DNA of 64,000 nt from Parcubacteria group bacterium (GTDB lineage: Bacteria; Patescibacteriota; Patescibacteriia; UBA1558; GWA2-36-10). This document shows positions 10,444 through 20,877 of the stretch, in pieces. Location: contig PQAE01000003.1 in assembly GCA_003104935.1 (NCBI GenBank), positions 9,350 through 73,349 on the forward strand. Reading direction: 5' to 3'. Both the position numbers and the translations under genes were made by a program. The notes below the pieces were generated by a model. The model had not been told where the DNA came from. It did no database searches and saw only the letters and a list, made by a program, of their open reading frames with translations. Each line of letters opens with the position of its first letter. The stretch's first letter is position 1.

Positions 10444-10902
10444 TTAACTTATGCCTACTATCTTATACTTAACTTTGCTGGCTGGCAAATTAACCTCTAC
10501 CTCGTCACCTACTTTATGGTCTAAAAGCGCCTGCCCTAGAGGCGACTCCAAAGAAATTTTTCTATTAATCGGATCGGCTTCGGTACTACCAACGATGAAA
10601 AAATCCAAGGTTTGCCCGTCTTTTTCTACCATCACTCGGCAACCCACGCTGACTACATCTTTATTTTGACTGGTTTTTACCACCCGTGCTGTTTTTAGCA
10701 ACTGCTCCAATTCAATAATTCGGCCTTCGATAAAACTCTGTTCTTCCTTGGCCTCGTGATATTCGGCATTTTCCGATAAATCGCCAAACTCTCTGGCTAT
10801 CTTGATACGATTAGCCATAGCTGGTCTCTTGATATTTTTTAATTCGTCTAACTCCTTCTGAAGTCTTTCTAAGCCGTCGGGAGTCAATACTTTTCCTTCC
10901 AT
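10444..10902 (-). CDS. greA: Transcription elongation factor GreA
   Basis: MEGKVLTPDGLERLQKELDELKN...; C-terminal FKBP-like domain. Start trimmed to the internal Met so that it does not overlap mrdA. Confidence 0.85.
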   Translation of the reverse strand: MEGKVLTPDGLERLQKELDELKNIKRPAMANRIKIAREFGDLSENAEYHEAKEEQSFIEGRIIELEQLLKTARVVKTSQNKDVVSVGCRVMVEKDGQTLDFFIVGSTEADPINRKISLESPLGQALLDHKVGDEVEVNLPASKVKYKIVGIS

Positions 10903-10912
10903 ATATAATTTA

Positions 10913-12820
10913 TTATTTGCTAAAATACCATTCCATAAATTCACGGGTAATGCGCACAGCCAGTCCCGTATCACCGCCCTCTTCCACTAAAACAATCATG
11001 GAAATCTGAGGTTCGTCATAGGGGGCAAAACTTGCAAACCAAGAATGAGGGGTCTTGTCGCTACGAAACTGAGCGGTACCCGTCTTGCCGGCAACTGGTA
11101 CGAGCACCGATTGCAAGCTCTGCGCCGTACCCTCGGTTACTGTCAAACGCAGACTTTCCCGCACTATATTTAAATTATCAGAGGATATCAAATTAGTCAA
11201 AGAGACTTTTGGTTGGAGGTCATGTTTATTTTCTCCGTGCCCAACTTCCTTGAGCAAATGTGGTTGAAAAGTTATACCCCGGTTAGCAAAATAGGACACT
11301 AAGTCTAGAGCTTGTAAAGGCGTAACCGCCAAGAAACCTTGGCCGATGGAAAGATTATAAGTATCCCCTAGATACCAACGTTCGCCCATACTTTTTTCCT
11401 TCCACTCTTTACTCGGCAAAAAACCGCTCGCTTCTGAAGGCAGATCGATTCCGCTCTCCCGGCTAAAACCAAATTTTTTGGCGTATTCAATAATTTTATC
11501 CACTCCTAGCCCGTTGCTCAACCATTCATTATTGCCGCCGCCGATGGAGTAAAAAAAAGTGTTTACTGAATCGGCCAGCGCCCAGTAGATATCGGCCCAA
11601 CCGTGACCCTGAGGACGCCAGTCGGGAAAGAAATGCCCACCGACCTCTATACCGCCGACGCTATGAACTTTGAAATCTTTATTAATAATTTTTTCTTGCA
11701 GTGCGGCGGCGGCCATAACTAATTTAAAAACCGAGCCCAAGGGATAGGTTCCCGAGATCGCCCGATTGAGCATAGGCATATTGGGATCACTGACGATACC
11801 CTGATATTTTTCAGGCTCCAAAGTATTGGTGAAAACGTTGTTATCATAGCTAGGCAGATTAGCCAGTGCTAATATCTCGCCGGTTTTCGGATTAGCGACA
11901 ATGGCCGACATCTTTGATTTTCCAGAAACCTTGGAATCGGCCAACATAATATCGTAGAGCTTTTGCTGAGCCTTACTATCTATGGTCAGAGTGATATCCT
12001 GTCCGTTTTTCGGCTCCTCCAAAGAAATAACATCTTTTTTGTGAAAGAGAGCGTCTACTTCATATTGTCTCTGACCATCCTGTCCGCGCAAATAGTTTTC
12101 ATAAATATATTCTATGCCGGTCTTGCCGATACGATCAATGATATTATACTCCGGCTTTGCCGCCACATCCTCGGGAGTGACGGCGCCCAGATAGCCGATG
12201 ACGTGCGCTAAACCATACTGAGGAAAATATAAACGGCGGGGCTCAAAACTGACCCGCAGGGCTGGTTCTTCCTCCGCTAAAACCATTAATTTTATCGCCG
12301 GCTCATAAGCTATATTTTCATAAATTAAAACCTCTGACGTCGAGCCTATGTTTTTATTGAGCTTAGGGTAAAGGTCATCTTTTTTAATACCTAAGATAGT
12401 GGCAATCTTATCCAGTATCGCCTCACGACTGGGATTATCGCTAGGCATAACATCCGACCGCAGATAGAGAAAAAAATAGGAAACATTTTTTACCAACTGA
12501 TCTCCGAAACGGTCATATATTAATCCCCGATTAGCCGGAATAATTTCTTTAGAAATGCGATTGCCTTCAGCCAAGGTCCGGTAATGCCCACCACTGATCA
12601 CCTGCAGATAAAAAGAGCGTCCGATGAGCAGACCGCAAATTAGCATAAAAAATATAAAAAAATGGCGTAATTTCAAGGCATTAAAAAATTTTCCCAGATG
12701 AGCGGCCCGTCCTAAATAATCAAAATTTAAATAATCGCCACTTTGACGGTGACGAATAAATCCCGAGACATCTGCGTCTCTGATAGTTCCTTCCTGAATT
12801 TTAAAAGGATTGTTTTTCAT
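10913..12820 (-). CDS. mrdA: Penicillin-binding protein 2 (peptidoglycan D,D-transpeptidase MrdA)
   Basis: N-terminal TM and dimerisation domain; transpeptidase SVFK (SxxK) motif. Confidence 0.9.
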   Translation of the reverse strand: MKNNPFKIQEGTIRDADVSGFIRHRQSGDYLNFDYLGRAAHLGKFFNALKLRHFFIFFMLICGLLIGRSFYLQVISGGHYRTLAEGNRISKEIIPANRGLIYDRFGDQLVKNVSYFFLYLRSDVMPSDNPSREAILDKIATILGIKKDDLYPKLNKNIGSTSEVLIYENIAYEPAIKLMVLAEEEPALRVSFEPRRLYFPQYGLAHVIGYLGAVTPEDVAAKPEYNIIDRIGKTGIEYIYENYLRGQDGQRQYEVDALFHKKDVISLEEPKNGQDITLTIDSKAQQKLYDIMLADSKVSGKSKMSAIVANPKTGEILALANLPSYDNNVFTNTLEPEKYQGIVSDPNMPMLNRAISGTYPLGSVFKLVMAAAALQEKIINKDFKVHSVGGIEVGGHFFPDWRPQGHGWADIYWALADSVNTFFYSIGGGNNEWLSNGLGVDKIIEYAKKFGFSRESGIDLPSEASGFLPSKEWKEKSMGERWYLGDTYNLSIGQGFLAVTPLQALDLVSYFANRGITFQPHLLKEVGHGENKHDLQPKVSLTNLISSDNLNIVRESLRLTVTEGTAQSLQSVLVPVAGKTGTAQFRSDKTPHSWFASFAPYDEPQISMIVLVEEGGDTGLAVRITREFMEWYFSK

Positions 12821-13301
12821 GCTTTTTTGCCCACAAATTATAATGTAGCAAATGGAAAAATGACACCGCCAAAATATTGATTAACGTGCCCCACAACCAA
12901 TGCGTCACATCTAGCTGGGACAAGTCATAGAAAGACCAGGAAAAAATAAAATTCAACAGGTAGAACAGAAACCAGAAAATAACAAAGGCTAAGGTCGTTA
13001 AGACAATAACACTAAACATGTTCCGGGAGCTGAACACAGTAAATTGCAATATGCTTAATATGAATATTATGGTAATAAATACAAAAGATTGCAGGCCGAA
13101 GATGGGACTCAAGACATCGATGAATAATCCGCTCAGTAGCGCAAAGACATAGCGTACCCAATGATTGGTAGTATTAAAATATACCAGTAAACTGGCGACC
13201 AGTATCGGCTGGATATAGTGCCAATGGCTACCAAACATGTTTAGTAGCAGAAAAAAATAAGCCGCCAGCAAATAGATTATTAATAAAACTAGGTACCTCA
13301 T
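12801..13301 (-). CDS. mreD: Rod shape-determining protein MreD (polytopic membrane protein)
   Basis: 166-aa all-TM protein between mreC and mrdA; overlaps both. Confidence 0.7.
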   Translation of the reverse strand: MRYLVLLIIYLLAAYFFLLLNMFGSHWHYIQPILVASLLVYFNTTNHWVRYVFALLSGLFIDVLSPIFGLQSFVFITIIFILSILQFTVFSSRNMFSVIVLTTLAFVIFWFLFYLLNFIFSWSFYDLSQLDVTHWLWGTLINILAVSFFHLLHYNLWAKKHEKQSF

Positions 13302-14038
13302 AATGACGATACCACCGCCACGGTGGATAAAGTATTATAGTCAAGCAAGGGAGCTACCGCCGCTTTTTTGAATAGCTCTTCCTGGGAAAAATCTATGTTT
13401 TCAATCTGACCGACCAGCAGGCCCGCAGGAATAGCCGTGCCTGTTTCCGCTGTAAGCACCAAATCTCCTTTCTTAATTTCCCGATCCTGAGGAACATAAG
13501 TGAGATTCATACTCAGACCCAGGGATCCGCTGAGCAGTCCAGCGATACTGTCGGCCTCGCCTATTTTTACCGCCAATTTGGAGAATTTATCGGTCAACAG
13601 CCGCACCTGGGCGTAGTCCGGCCCCACCTCAACCACACGGCCGATCATAATACCCTGATTCACCACTACAGGCTGACCAACCTCAATACCGTGGTCCGTG
13701 CCAGCGCTGATCAGCATCATACTGGGATTGGCCGAATCACGGCTGATAATATTGGCTAGCACCAAATTGTAATTATGCTCTTGACGAAAATTGAGCAGGT
13801 TTTTTAGCTGTTTATTTTCCTCAGCTAGCGACCGCAGGCTCACGTTTTCAACTAATAATTTTTGATACTCATCAGAAATATTGCTGGGCGGTTGTAGCAA
13901 ACTATTGATCGCGCCCTCCGGCACTAGAGCCTTTCTAAAGGCTATTCCCACATCAAAAATATGACCATTTTTTAGCAGGACAAAGAAAATAATGGTCACG
14001 GTAAATAATATAAACAATCTAAAATTGTAGCGAATCAT
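13298..14038 (-). CDS. mreC: Rod shape-determining protein MreC
   Basis: N-terminal TM, coiled coil, then the beta-rich MreC domain (ISRDSANPSMMLISAGTDHGIEVGQPVV). Confidence 0.85.
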   Translation of the reverse strand: MIRYNFRLFILFTVTIIFFVLLKNGHIFDVGIAFRKALVPEGAINSLLQPPSNISDEYQKLLVENVSLRSLAEENKQLKNLLNFRQEHNYNLVLANIISRDSANPSMMLISAGTDHGIEVGQPVVVNQGIMIGRVVEVGPDYAQVRLLTDKFSKLAVKIGEADSIAGLLSGSLGLSMNLTYVPQDREIKKGDLVLTAETGTAIPAGLLVGQIENIDFSQEELFKKAAVAPLLDYNTLSTVAVVSSL

Positions 14039-14044
14039 AGCACT

Positions 14045-15097
14045 TTAACTATATTTCATAGAGCTAGTTGAGGGTAATAAGACTTCGCGCAGATTATCGA
14101 GATCGTCAAGAATCTTTCCGGTGCCCCGCACTACGGCCGTCAATGGATCATCGGTGATGTGCACCGGCATTTTTGTCTCCTGGGAAATATATTTGTCCAA
14201 GCCACGCAGCAACGCTCCGCCGCCCGACAAAACTATGCCTTTTTCATAAAGATCCGAGACCAGCTCAGGCGGAGTATTTTCAACAGTACTTTTTATATTA
14301 TCAACAATGATTTTAATGGGCTTAAGAATGGCTTCTCGGATATTAGCGTCATTGACCACAATCTCGCGAGGTAATCCGCTCAGCAGATCGCGGCCGCGCA
14401 TCAGCGTCTCCAACGGTTTATCCTGCGGGATGATAGCGGCGATCTGGATTTTAATTTTTTCCGCAGAACGCTGACCAAGTAAAAGATTAAATTTATCGCG
14501 AGCATACTGAATAATAGCTTCGTCCAGCTTATCGCCGGCTATCTTTAGAGATCTCCAGGAAACTACACCTCCCAGGGCGATCACGGCGATTTCACTAGTG
14601 CCGCCGCCGATATCAACGATCATTGAGCCGGAGGCTTCCTGGATAGGCATACCAGCGCCGATGGCGGCCGCCATCGGTTCCTCGATCAGCAGGACCTCGG
14701 ATGCTCCCGCACCCAGCACGGCGTCTTCTACGGCCTTGCGCTCCACCTCGGTGATATCCAGAGGAATAGCGATAACGACGCGAGGCCGAGGCATGAAGGT
14801 AAATGATTCTCGATGCACCTTTTCAATAAAATACTTGATCATTTTTTCCGCTACTTCAAAATCGGAGATGACGCCGTCTACCAGGGGCCTAGTCACAGTC
14901 AAATGACCGGGTGTTTTGCCCAACATGATCTTAGCATCTTCGCCAACGGCCAATATTTTCTCATTGCGGTTGTTTATGGCCACCACCGAGGGCTCATTGA
15001 TCACGATCCCCTGGTCCTTAACATAAACCAGAGTATTGGCCGTACCTAGGTCAATACCCATATCCTTGGAAAATTTTCTAAAAAAATTTCTAAACAT
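14045..15097 (-). CDS. mreB: Rod shape-determining protein MreB (paralog 2)
   Basis: MGIDLGTANTLVYV, DIGGGTSEIAVIALGG motifs; TAATG overlap with the proS stop. Confidence 0.9.
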   Translation of the reverse strand: MFRNFFRKFSKDMGIDLGTANTLVYVKDQGIVINEPSVVAINNRNEKILAVGEDAKIMLGKTPGHLTVTRPLVDGVISDFEVAEKMIKYFIEKVHRESFTFMPRPRVVIAIPLDITEVERKAVEDAVLGAGASEVLLIEEPMAAAIGAGMPIQEASGSMIVDIGGGTSEIAVIALGGVVSWRSLKIAGDKLDEAIIQYARDKFNLLLGQRSAEKIKIQIAAIIPQDKPLETLMRGRDLLSGLPREIVVNDANIREAILKPIKIIVDNIKSTVENTPPELVSDLYEKGIVLSGGGALLRGLDKYISQETKMPVHITDDPLTAVVRGTGKILDDLDNLREVLLPSTSSMKYS

Positions 15098-16332
15098 TAT
15101 GCGTAAAATCTCTCCAATTCTTTAACTACTTGATCGTAATTAAGGAGCTTTTTTTTGTGATCGCGGCGGGAAACCAGCTCTAGTTCTTCTTTTCTGTCGC
15201 TGATGATGAGTTGATAACAGATACCGATCAAATCGGCATCTTTAAGCTTTTTTCCGAAGGAAATGTCACGGTCGTCATAAAGCACTTCCCAACCCGCTTT
15301 GGTCAATTTATCATAGACTTGCTCCCCTGTCTTAACATTTTTGGAGAGATTTAGCAAATGTACGTGATAGGGTGTGGTAGTTTTAGTCCAAATGATACCG
15401 TCAGCGTCATGACTGGTCTCTACGATAGTACCCATGGCCCGCCCAAGACCGATGCCGTAGCAACCCATGACCACATCTTTTTGCTGTCCATCTTTAGCGA
15501 TAAATCTGAGGCCGATTTTCTTAGAATACTCGGTGCCAAGGTTAAAAATATTTCCGGCTTCCACTGTTTTGGCCTCGCGCAGAACTTTTCCGCAGCTGGG
15601 ACATTTAGCGCCGGCTTTGACTTTGGCAATTTCTTTATTTTGCGCCCAGCCGCAGGCCGCACACAGGATAGTGTTGTCTTCTCCGGCTTCGGTCTGAACC
15701 ATAAATTCATGGGAGATTTTCCTACTGATCGCGCCGCCCGATGCTTCGACGGAAAATGCTTCTAACCCCAGACGCTCAAATATTTTTAAATATGCCCGGC
15801 GAGCCCGCTGATAGTATTCCTCTAAATCTTTTTCGTCCTGATGAAAACTATACAGATCTTTCATACCAAATTCCCGGCCGCGAAGTAAGCCGGATTTGGC
15901 CCGCTTTTCATCACGAAACTTAGTTTGGATCTGATACAAATAAAGCGGCAAGTCTTTGTAGGAGTTGAGATGCTTTTTTACAATATCGACTACCACCTCC
16001 TCGTGTGTCGTACCCAGTCCGATAGCGCTACCATGGTGATCGGTAAATTGGTACATAATCGGTTCCATTTCTTGCCAACGTCCGGTAATTTGCCATAATT
16101 CTTTAGCTTGTAAAACCGGCATCAGCATCTCCTGACCACCAATAGCATTGATTTCCTCCCGGATAATATTTTCAATCTTGCGATAGGTGCGTAGACCCAA
16201 GGGCAAATAATTATAAACTCCGGCCATTTGTTTTTCTATAAAACCGGCCTTGGTCAAGAGCTCGGCGTTGATGCTTTTCTCATCCTGACTGATATCTTTT
16301 CTGGTTTTTCCAAATAGTTGTGATTGTCTCAT
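15097..16332 (-). CDS. proS: Prolyl-tRNA synthetase (short form without editing domain)
   Basis: Class II aaRS motifs and a ProRS-specific N-terminus (QLFGKTRKD...AELLTKAGFI...YLPLGLR); C-terminal Cys cluster (CPSCG). Confidence 0.85.
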   Translation of the reverse strand: MRQSQLFGKTRKDISQDEKSINAELLTKAGFIEKQMAGVYNYLPLGLRTYRKIENIIREEINAIGGQEMLMPVLQAKELWQITGRWQEMEPIMYQFTDHHGSAIGLGTTHEEVVVDIVKKHLNSYKDLPLYLYQIQTKFRDEKRAKSGLLRGREFGMKDLYSFHQDEKDLEEYYQRARRAYLKIFERLGLEAFSVEASGGAISRKISHEFMVQTEAGEDNTILCAACGWAQNKEIAKVKAGAKCPSCGKVLREAKTVEAGNIFNLGTEYSKKIGLRFIAKDGQQKDVVMGCYGIGLGRAMGTIVETSHDADGIIWTKTTTPYHVHLLNLSKNVKTGEQVYDKLTKAGWEVLYDDRDISFGKKLKDADLIGICYQLIISDRKEELELVSRRDHKKKLLNYDQVVKELERFYA

Positions 16333-16337
16333 AAATG

Positions 16338-16622
16338 TTAATTCTCTAATAATTGAATGATCCTATCCCGCTCCTCCGCTAATTGTTCTCCACCATATTC
16401 ACCACTGTGAGCTGTCTGTCCCTGGTAGCAGGCGCCTTTTTGGTCCAGATGAAGGGAAATTTCAATCACGGAGGGCTGCTCGTTTAAATATGCGTGATAG
16501 TGGGGGTAGTCTTGACGACTCAGACGCCGGATATAACTACCGTTATCAAAGTGCGGGCTATAGCCGAGCCCTCGCATCAGATTTAAGGTATTGACCGGCT
16601 GTACCGGGATTTTGAATCTCAT
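16338..16622 (-). CDS. Hypothetical small protein
   Basis: 94-aa ORF filling the gap between rseP and proS on the same strand. Confidence 0.4.
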   Translation of the reverse strand: MRFKIPVQPVNTLNLMRGLGYSPHFDNGSYIRRLSRQDYPHYHAYLNEQPSVIEISLHLDQKGACYQGQTAHSGEYGGEQLAEERDRIIQLLEN

Positions 16623-16623
16623 A

Positions 16624-17727
16624 TTAAAATAGACTCTTAAGGGAAGATAAAATCTGACTGCCGTAGCGACCGATATCCCGGAAAGTTATAAAAATTAATA
16701 AAAATATCAGCAAAATAAATCCGCTATTATGGATCCATCCCTCCACAGCCGCATTATTTTTTTTGCCGCGTAATTTCTCAATTATTATGAACAGTAGGCG
16801 GCCTCCGTCCAAGGCCGGAAAGGGCAAAATATTTAAAATGCCCAGATTGATAGACAAAATCGCCATAAATTGCAAAACATGGATAAAACCCAGGCGAACA
16901 ATCTGTCCGGTGATCACCGCCACTCCCACCGGTCCGGACAAGCCGGCGTCTAATTGGCCGCGGGTAATCAGATTTTTAACCAGATTATAGAGCGCCTCCA
17001 GGATCATGCCCGACATCTGATAAGTAGCAGCAAACCCCTGTCCGATGCTTTCCAGAATATTGTAATGTACCACCCCGGTATCAGCCACGCCGATGCCGAT
17101 CCGAGGCAAACTGCCCGGCTCCAAAACCTTGCCAACTACGGAGTATTCCTTAATCACTCGATTTCTTACGACCTTCACTATTACTCCGGTAGAAACACTT
17201 TGCTCTACTAATTTATTTACCTGGTCAGCCTGCACAATCTTTTGCCCGCTGATTTCCAAGACCCTGTCGCCGACTGCGATGCCAACCAGATTGGCCGGAC
17301 TGCCGCTGACTACATCGGCGATGATTACTTCATGGTTTTTCACCTGATTCAGGTCTGTGTCGCGGCTGAGAATCTGCGGTATACCGGCATAAAAAACCAC
17401 TGTTAAAAGTACTATTGCCAGAAGTAAATTCATAATCACACCGGCGGATATAATAATAGATTTCCTCCAGGTCGGCTGCGAGGCAAAACTGCGCGGATCT
17501 TCATCTTCTCCATTTTCGCCGCGGATCTTCACAAAACCCCCGATCGGAATCAGGTTTAAGGAGTAAATAATGCCGTTTCGTTTATACGACCAGAGACGCG
17601 GCGGAAAACCGACACCAAATTCCTCAACGTCCACCCCTAATTTGCGGGCACTGATAAAATGGCCGTACTCATGCACCAATACTAATACACCTAAAATAAT
17701 TACAAAAGCGATTATAGTCGTAATCAT
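16624..17727 (-). CDS. rseP: RIP zinc metalloprotease RseP (site-2 protease) with PDZ domain
   Basis: HEYGHF (HExxH) in the first TM; PDZ segment; C-terminal LDGG motif. Confidence 0.85.
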   Translation of the reverse strand: MITTIIAFVIILGVLVLVHEYGHFISARKLGVDVEEFGVGFPPRLWSYKRNGIIYSLNLIPIGGFVKIRGENGEDEDPRSFASQPTWRKSIIISAGVIMNLLLAIVLLTVVFYAGIPQILSRDTDLNQVKNHEVIIADVVSGSPANLVGIAVGDRVLEISGQKIVQADQVNKLVEQSVSTGVIVKVVRNRVIKEYSVVGKVLEPGSLPRIGIGVADTGVVHYNILESIGQGFAATYQMSGMILEALYNLVKNLITRGQLDAGLSGPVGVAVITGQIVRLGFIHVLQFMAILSINLGILNILPFPALDGGRLLFIIIEKLRGKKNNAAVEGWIHNSGFILLIFLLIFITFRDIGRYGSQILSSLKSLF

Positions 17728-17733
17728 AGATTT

Positions 17734-18288
17734 TTATATCTTCATTATCTCCTGTTCTTTTTGGTCGCCGATTAGCTTGATCTTATCATTGTATTCGTGA
17801 ACTATATTATCCAGATCCTTCAAAGCTTGAAACTTTTCATCTTCGGAAATCTGTTTGGCCTTTTCCAGGGCGACAATCTCATCTTTTATTTTTTCCCGTT
17901 GCTGACGGACACTGACTCGCGAGTCCTCCAGTTTTTTATGCAATATTTTTACCAGTTCCTTGCGACTCTCCTCGGTCAGGGAAGGAAAATTCAACCGGAT
18001 AATGTCGCCGTCCACGATGGGATTAATATTAAGATCAGCGGTACTAATGGCTCGCTCGATATCCTTGAGAATATTTCGGTCCCAGGGTTTTATGACGATG
18101 GTCTGCGGCTCGGGTGTGCTGATAGCCGCGAGTTGCAGTAATTCTGAACTAACACCATAGGCCATAACTTTGACTTTTTCCACCAAACTAGGCGCTACCC
18201 GTCCGGTACGCAAATTACTGATATCACTTTTTAAAAACTCAATTGTTTTTTCAAACAGACTTTTGCCTTTATCTATAGCTGAATTCAT
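17734..18288 (-). CDS. frr: Ribosome recycling factor
   Basis: 184 aa with the conserved RRF pattern (LRTGRVAPSLVEKVKV...IKPWD). Confidence 0.9.
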   Translation of the reverse strand: MNSAIDKGKSLFEKTIEFLKSDISNLRTGRVAPSLVEKVKVMAYGVSSELLQLAAISTPEPQTIVIKPWDRNILKDIERAISTADLNINPIVDGDIIRLNFPSLTEESRKELVKILHKKLEDSRVSVRQQREKIKDEIVALEKAKQISEDEKFQALKDLDNIVHEYNDKIKLIGDQKEQEIMKI

Positions 18289-18294
18289 AAATTA

Positions 18295-19512
18295 CTATTT
18301 ATTTATCTTATAAGCTCCGAGGTACAAATATTTTTGATCGGGAGAAAAAGCCATGATCCGAGCGGTATGGTCGGTCGGCAGAGAACGGATAGTCCAGTTG
18401 GCTCCGTTATCAACAGAACGATACCAGGCGTTGGAGGTGCCATAGAGAACTTCATTAGTATCTTTAGGATTGACAATCACAGAATAAATATTGTCTTTGC
18501 CCGGCGGCGTGAGTAGCGATAATTGTTTCCACATCATACCGTCGGTCAGCCTGAATATGCCATTAGGATTGGCATAAACCAGACCGTCTTTGACACTAAG
18601 GTCGGCTGACACGGAAACCACTGAATAAGCTCCCGCAACCGATTTTAAGAGAATGTATTTATCTTTTTCCAGCTTATCCATCTCGGCTTGAGGTAATTTG
18701 GTAACTCCCAGTTCTTTTTTCTTTTTTTCTACGGCCGCATTAAATACTTTTTCTTCATCAATTTTAGACTGATCCACCGGCAAATCCAACAAATTTACCC
18801 AATTTTGGCCGCCGTCTAGGGTCTTGAAAATTCCTCTATTTTGCGTGGCTACGTAGATAATCCGACTGTCCAGATGATTTTGGATAATGATGTTGTTGAT
18901 ATAATAATCAAATCTTTTTAAGACATCCCAGGAGTGACCGGCATCCTTAGATTTGAGAAAAGAGCCGCCCGAAGTGCCCGCGTAAATAACGTTGGTATTA
19001 TTATAATCTATTGACAATGAGGTTATATATTGCCCGCTTCTGGTCTCAAAATAAACTTGCTCCCACTTGCGCGAACAATCCACGCTTTTATAAATACTGT
19101 TGTGCACCGCCACATAGATCACACAATTACTTTCCGGATTAACGACAATACTATTGACCGTGCCTTTATCGGTCAAGGTATTGAACCAGCCGTCGCCGTA
19201 GTTAAAAGTATAAAACAGGCCGTTGGTCTGGGTGCCGACATAGATGGCTTTCTGATCCTTGGGGTCAAAAGCCATAGTAGTGATATTGGCGGCGTTAAAA
19301 TTCAATGTTTTGTCGCCGATGGTATAGAGGGTGGTTACCCGTTGCCAGGTTTCTCCCCGGTCGCTACTGCGAAACATGCCGCCTAAAATGGCCGTCTTGG
19401 TATTGCCGCCGACCACCGAGTTAGGCAATCCCAGACACCCGGTCAATAAAAATAAGGCTAGTAATAAAAACAGCATCATTTTTCCCGTTCGAACTAGGTT
19501 TTGTTTTAGCAT
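18295..19512 (-). CDS. BNR/Asp-box repeat lipoprotein (Ycf48/sialidase-like beta-propeller)
   Basis: Signal peptide plus lipobox (LLTGCLG); repeated SxDxGxTW motifs (SSDRGETW, SKDAGHSW, TLDGGQNW, SVDNGANW). Confidence 0.75.
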   Translation of the reverse strand: MLKQNLVRTGKMMLFLLLALFLLTGCLGLPNSVVGGNTKTAILGGMFRSSDRGETWQRVTTLYTIGDKTLNFNAANITTMAFDPKDQKAIYVGTQTNGLFYTFNYGDGWFNTLTDKGTVNSIVVNPESNCVIYVAVHNSIYKSVDCSRKWEQVYFETRSGQYITSLSIDYNNTNVIYAGTSGGSFLKSKDAGHSWDVLKRFDYYINNIIIQNHLDSRIIYVATQNRGIFKTLDGGQNWVNLLDLPVDQSKIDEEKVFNAAVEKKKKELGVTKLPQAEMDKLEKDKYILLKSVAGAYSVVSVSADLSVKDGLVYANPNGIFRLTDGMMWKQLSLLTPPGKDNIYSVIVNPKDTNEVLYGTSNAWYRSVDNGANWTIRSLPTDHTARIMAFSPDQKYLYLGAYKINK

Positions 19513-19516
19513 ATAT

Positions 19517-20521
19517 TTATTTTAAGCTTAAAAATAAATTTTCCCACAACAGTTGTGGCGAGACATTGTGCCGCAGTTTATTTTTTATATCCTCTAGAGA
19601 CAACAGACCACGCACCAGTCTATCCTTATCAAATTGCTCGGCCAACAATTCCAACTCGCTTTGGTACATTTGGTTAACCACCGGCCGTTCCAGTTTGATC
19701 CAGAGAATGTCGCGCAAAAATACTTCCAGTAGATCAAGGTAACGCTTAGTCAGGGCACCTAGTTCAAAAACTTTGTATTCCGGATGTTCTTTTTTTAAAA
19801 TACCGAACCATTTATCAATGGTCTGCATATAATAGAAAGTTCCGTGCGCTAATAATTTAATTATGAAATTACAGCTTTTTTTAAAGTTGACCAGCTTGTC
19901 CGCAATCATGGTCAGAGCTAAACCCGGTTTACCGAACGATAGATTAATGATCGTATCTTGCTCCTCGTGTAAAAAATTATAGCTAGCCACCCAGTCGCGC
20001 ATGTCATGGTTATTTAAAGGCTTAAATTTCAATAATTGCGAACGAGACATAACAGTAGCTGGCAGACCTGCCAGAGAATCGCCGATCATGATAATACTGG
20101 TGTCGCGGCCCGGCTCTTCTAGAGTTTTGAGTAAAGCATTAGCACCATAAAGATTGATCTGATCAATACCATAGATCAAAGCCACACGATGCGCTCCGTG
20201 CACCGGAGACAAAGCCAAGCTGTGCAAAAGCTCGCGGACATTATCAATGGATAATTCCTGTTTATTTTTACCAAGCTCATAAACATCGGGATAAATACCC
20301 TTGGTGATGGCCTGGCACGCCCGGCATTTTTGACAGGGCCGGATCTTTTCATCCTGACAATATATAGATTGGACAAAATAGCGCGCAACAAATTTTTTGC
20401 CTAAGCCCGCCGGACCGTAAAACAAATACGTATTGGCCAGCTTGTTTTCGCTTACGGCATTTTGCAAAAATTTCAATTGTTCTCTATGGCCAAAAACAGG
20501 CCAATTAAATTGGTATGACAT
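19517..20521 (-). CDS. holB: DNA polymerase III delta' subunit
   Basis: AAA+ N-terminus LFYGPAGLGKKFVA and Zn module CQDEKIRPCQKCRAC. Confidence 0.75.
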   Translation of the reverse strand: MSYQFNWPVFGHREQLKFLQNAVSENKLANTYLFYGPAGLGKKFVARYFVQSIYCQDEKIRPCQKCRACQAITKGIYPDVYELGKNKQELSIDNVRELLHSLALSPVHGAHRVALIYGIDQINLYGANALLKTLEEPGRDTSIIMIGDSLAGLPATVMSRSQLLKFKPLNNHDMRDWVASYNFLHEEQDTIINLSFGKPGLALTMIADKLVNFKKSCNFIIKLLAHGTFYYMQTIDKWFGILKKEHPEYKVFELGALTKRYLDLLEVFLRDILWIKLERPVVNQMYQSELELLAEQFDKDRLVRGLLSLEDIKNKLRHNVSPQLLWENLFLSLK

Positions 20522-20626
20522 TGACTTAAAAATACCATTTTTTTAGGGCAAAAACAAGACCTGCCTCGGACTAAAATAAGGTTTCAGGAGACAAAAAAAC
20601 AAATTATTTCCCTGAGTTAGCAAATA

Positions 20627-20655
20627 TTGACAAAATATGGTATTTATGATATAAT
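20627..20655 (+). promoter_or_regulatory. Consensus sigma70-type promoter: TTGACA, 17-nt spacer, TATAAT
   Basis: ttgaca at 20627-20632, exactly 17 nt, tataat at 20650-20655. Confidence 0.6.
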
Positions 20656-20700
20656 ATAAATATTCAATAACGTCCTTTTTTCACCTACTGGAGGCTGATC

Positions 20701-20826
20701 ATGCACTGGTACTCTGATTCTACAGTATGGATGATTTTGGCCGGTTTCTTCTGCCTGGTGCACACCACATTGAAGTGCATCCGGCTGTGGGGCGGCCGGC
20801 ATAGAAGACAAATCAACCAGGCTTAG
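20701..20826 (+). CDS. Small hydrophobic 41-aa peptide (MHWYSDSTVWMILAGFFCLVHTTLKCIRLWGGRHRRQINQA)
   Basis: GGAGG Shine-Dalgarno 7 nt before the ATG; consensus promoter upstream; intrinsic terminator downstream; one TM-like segment then a basic tail. Below the 60-aa cut-off of the ORF track. Confidence 0.5.
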   Translation: MHWYSDSTVWMILAGFFCLVHTTLKCIRLWGGRHRRQINQA

Positions 20827-20877
20827 CAAAAGCTACAGCCACCAGACTACTTGAGATCACGCCTCAAGTAACAGAGT

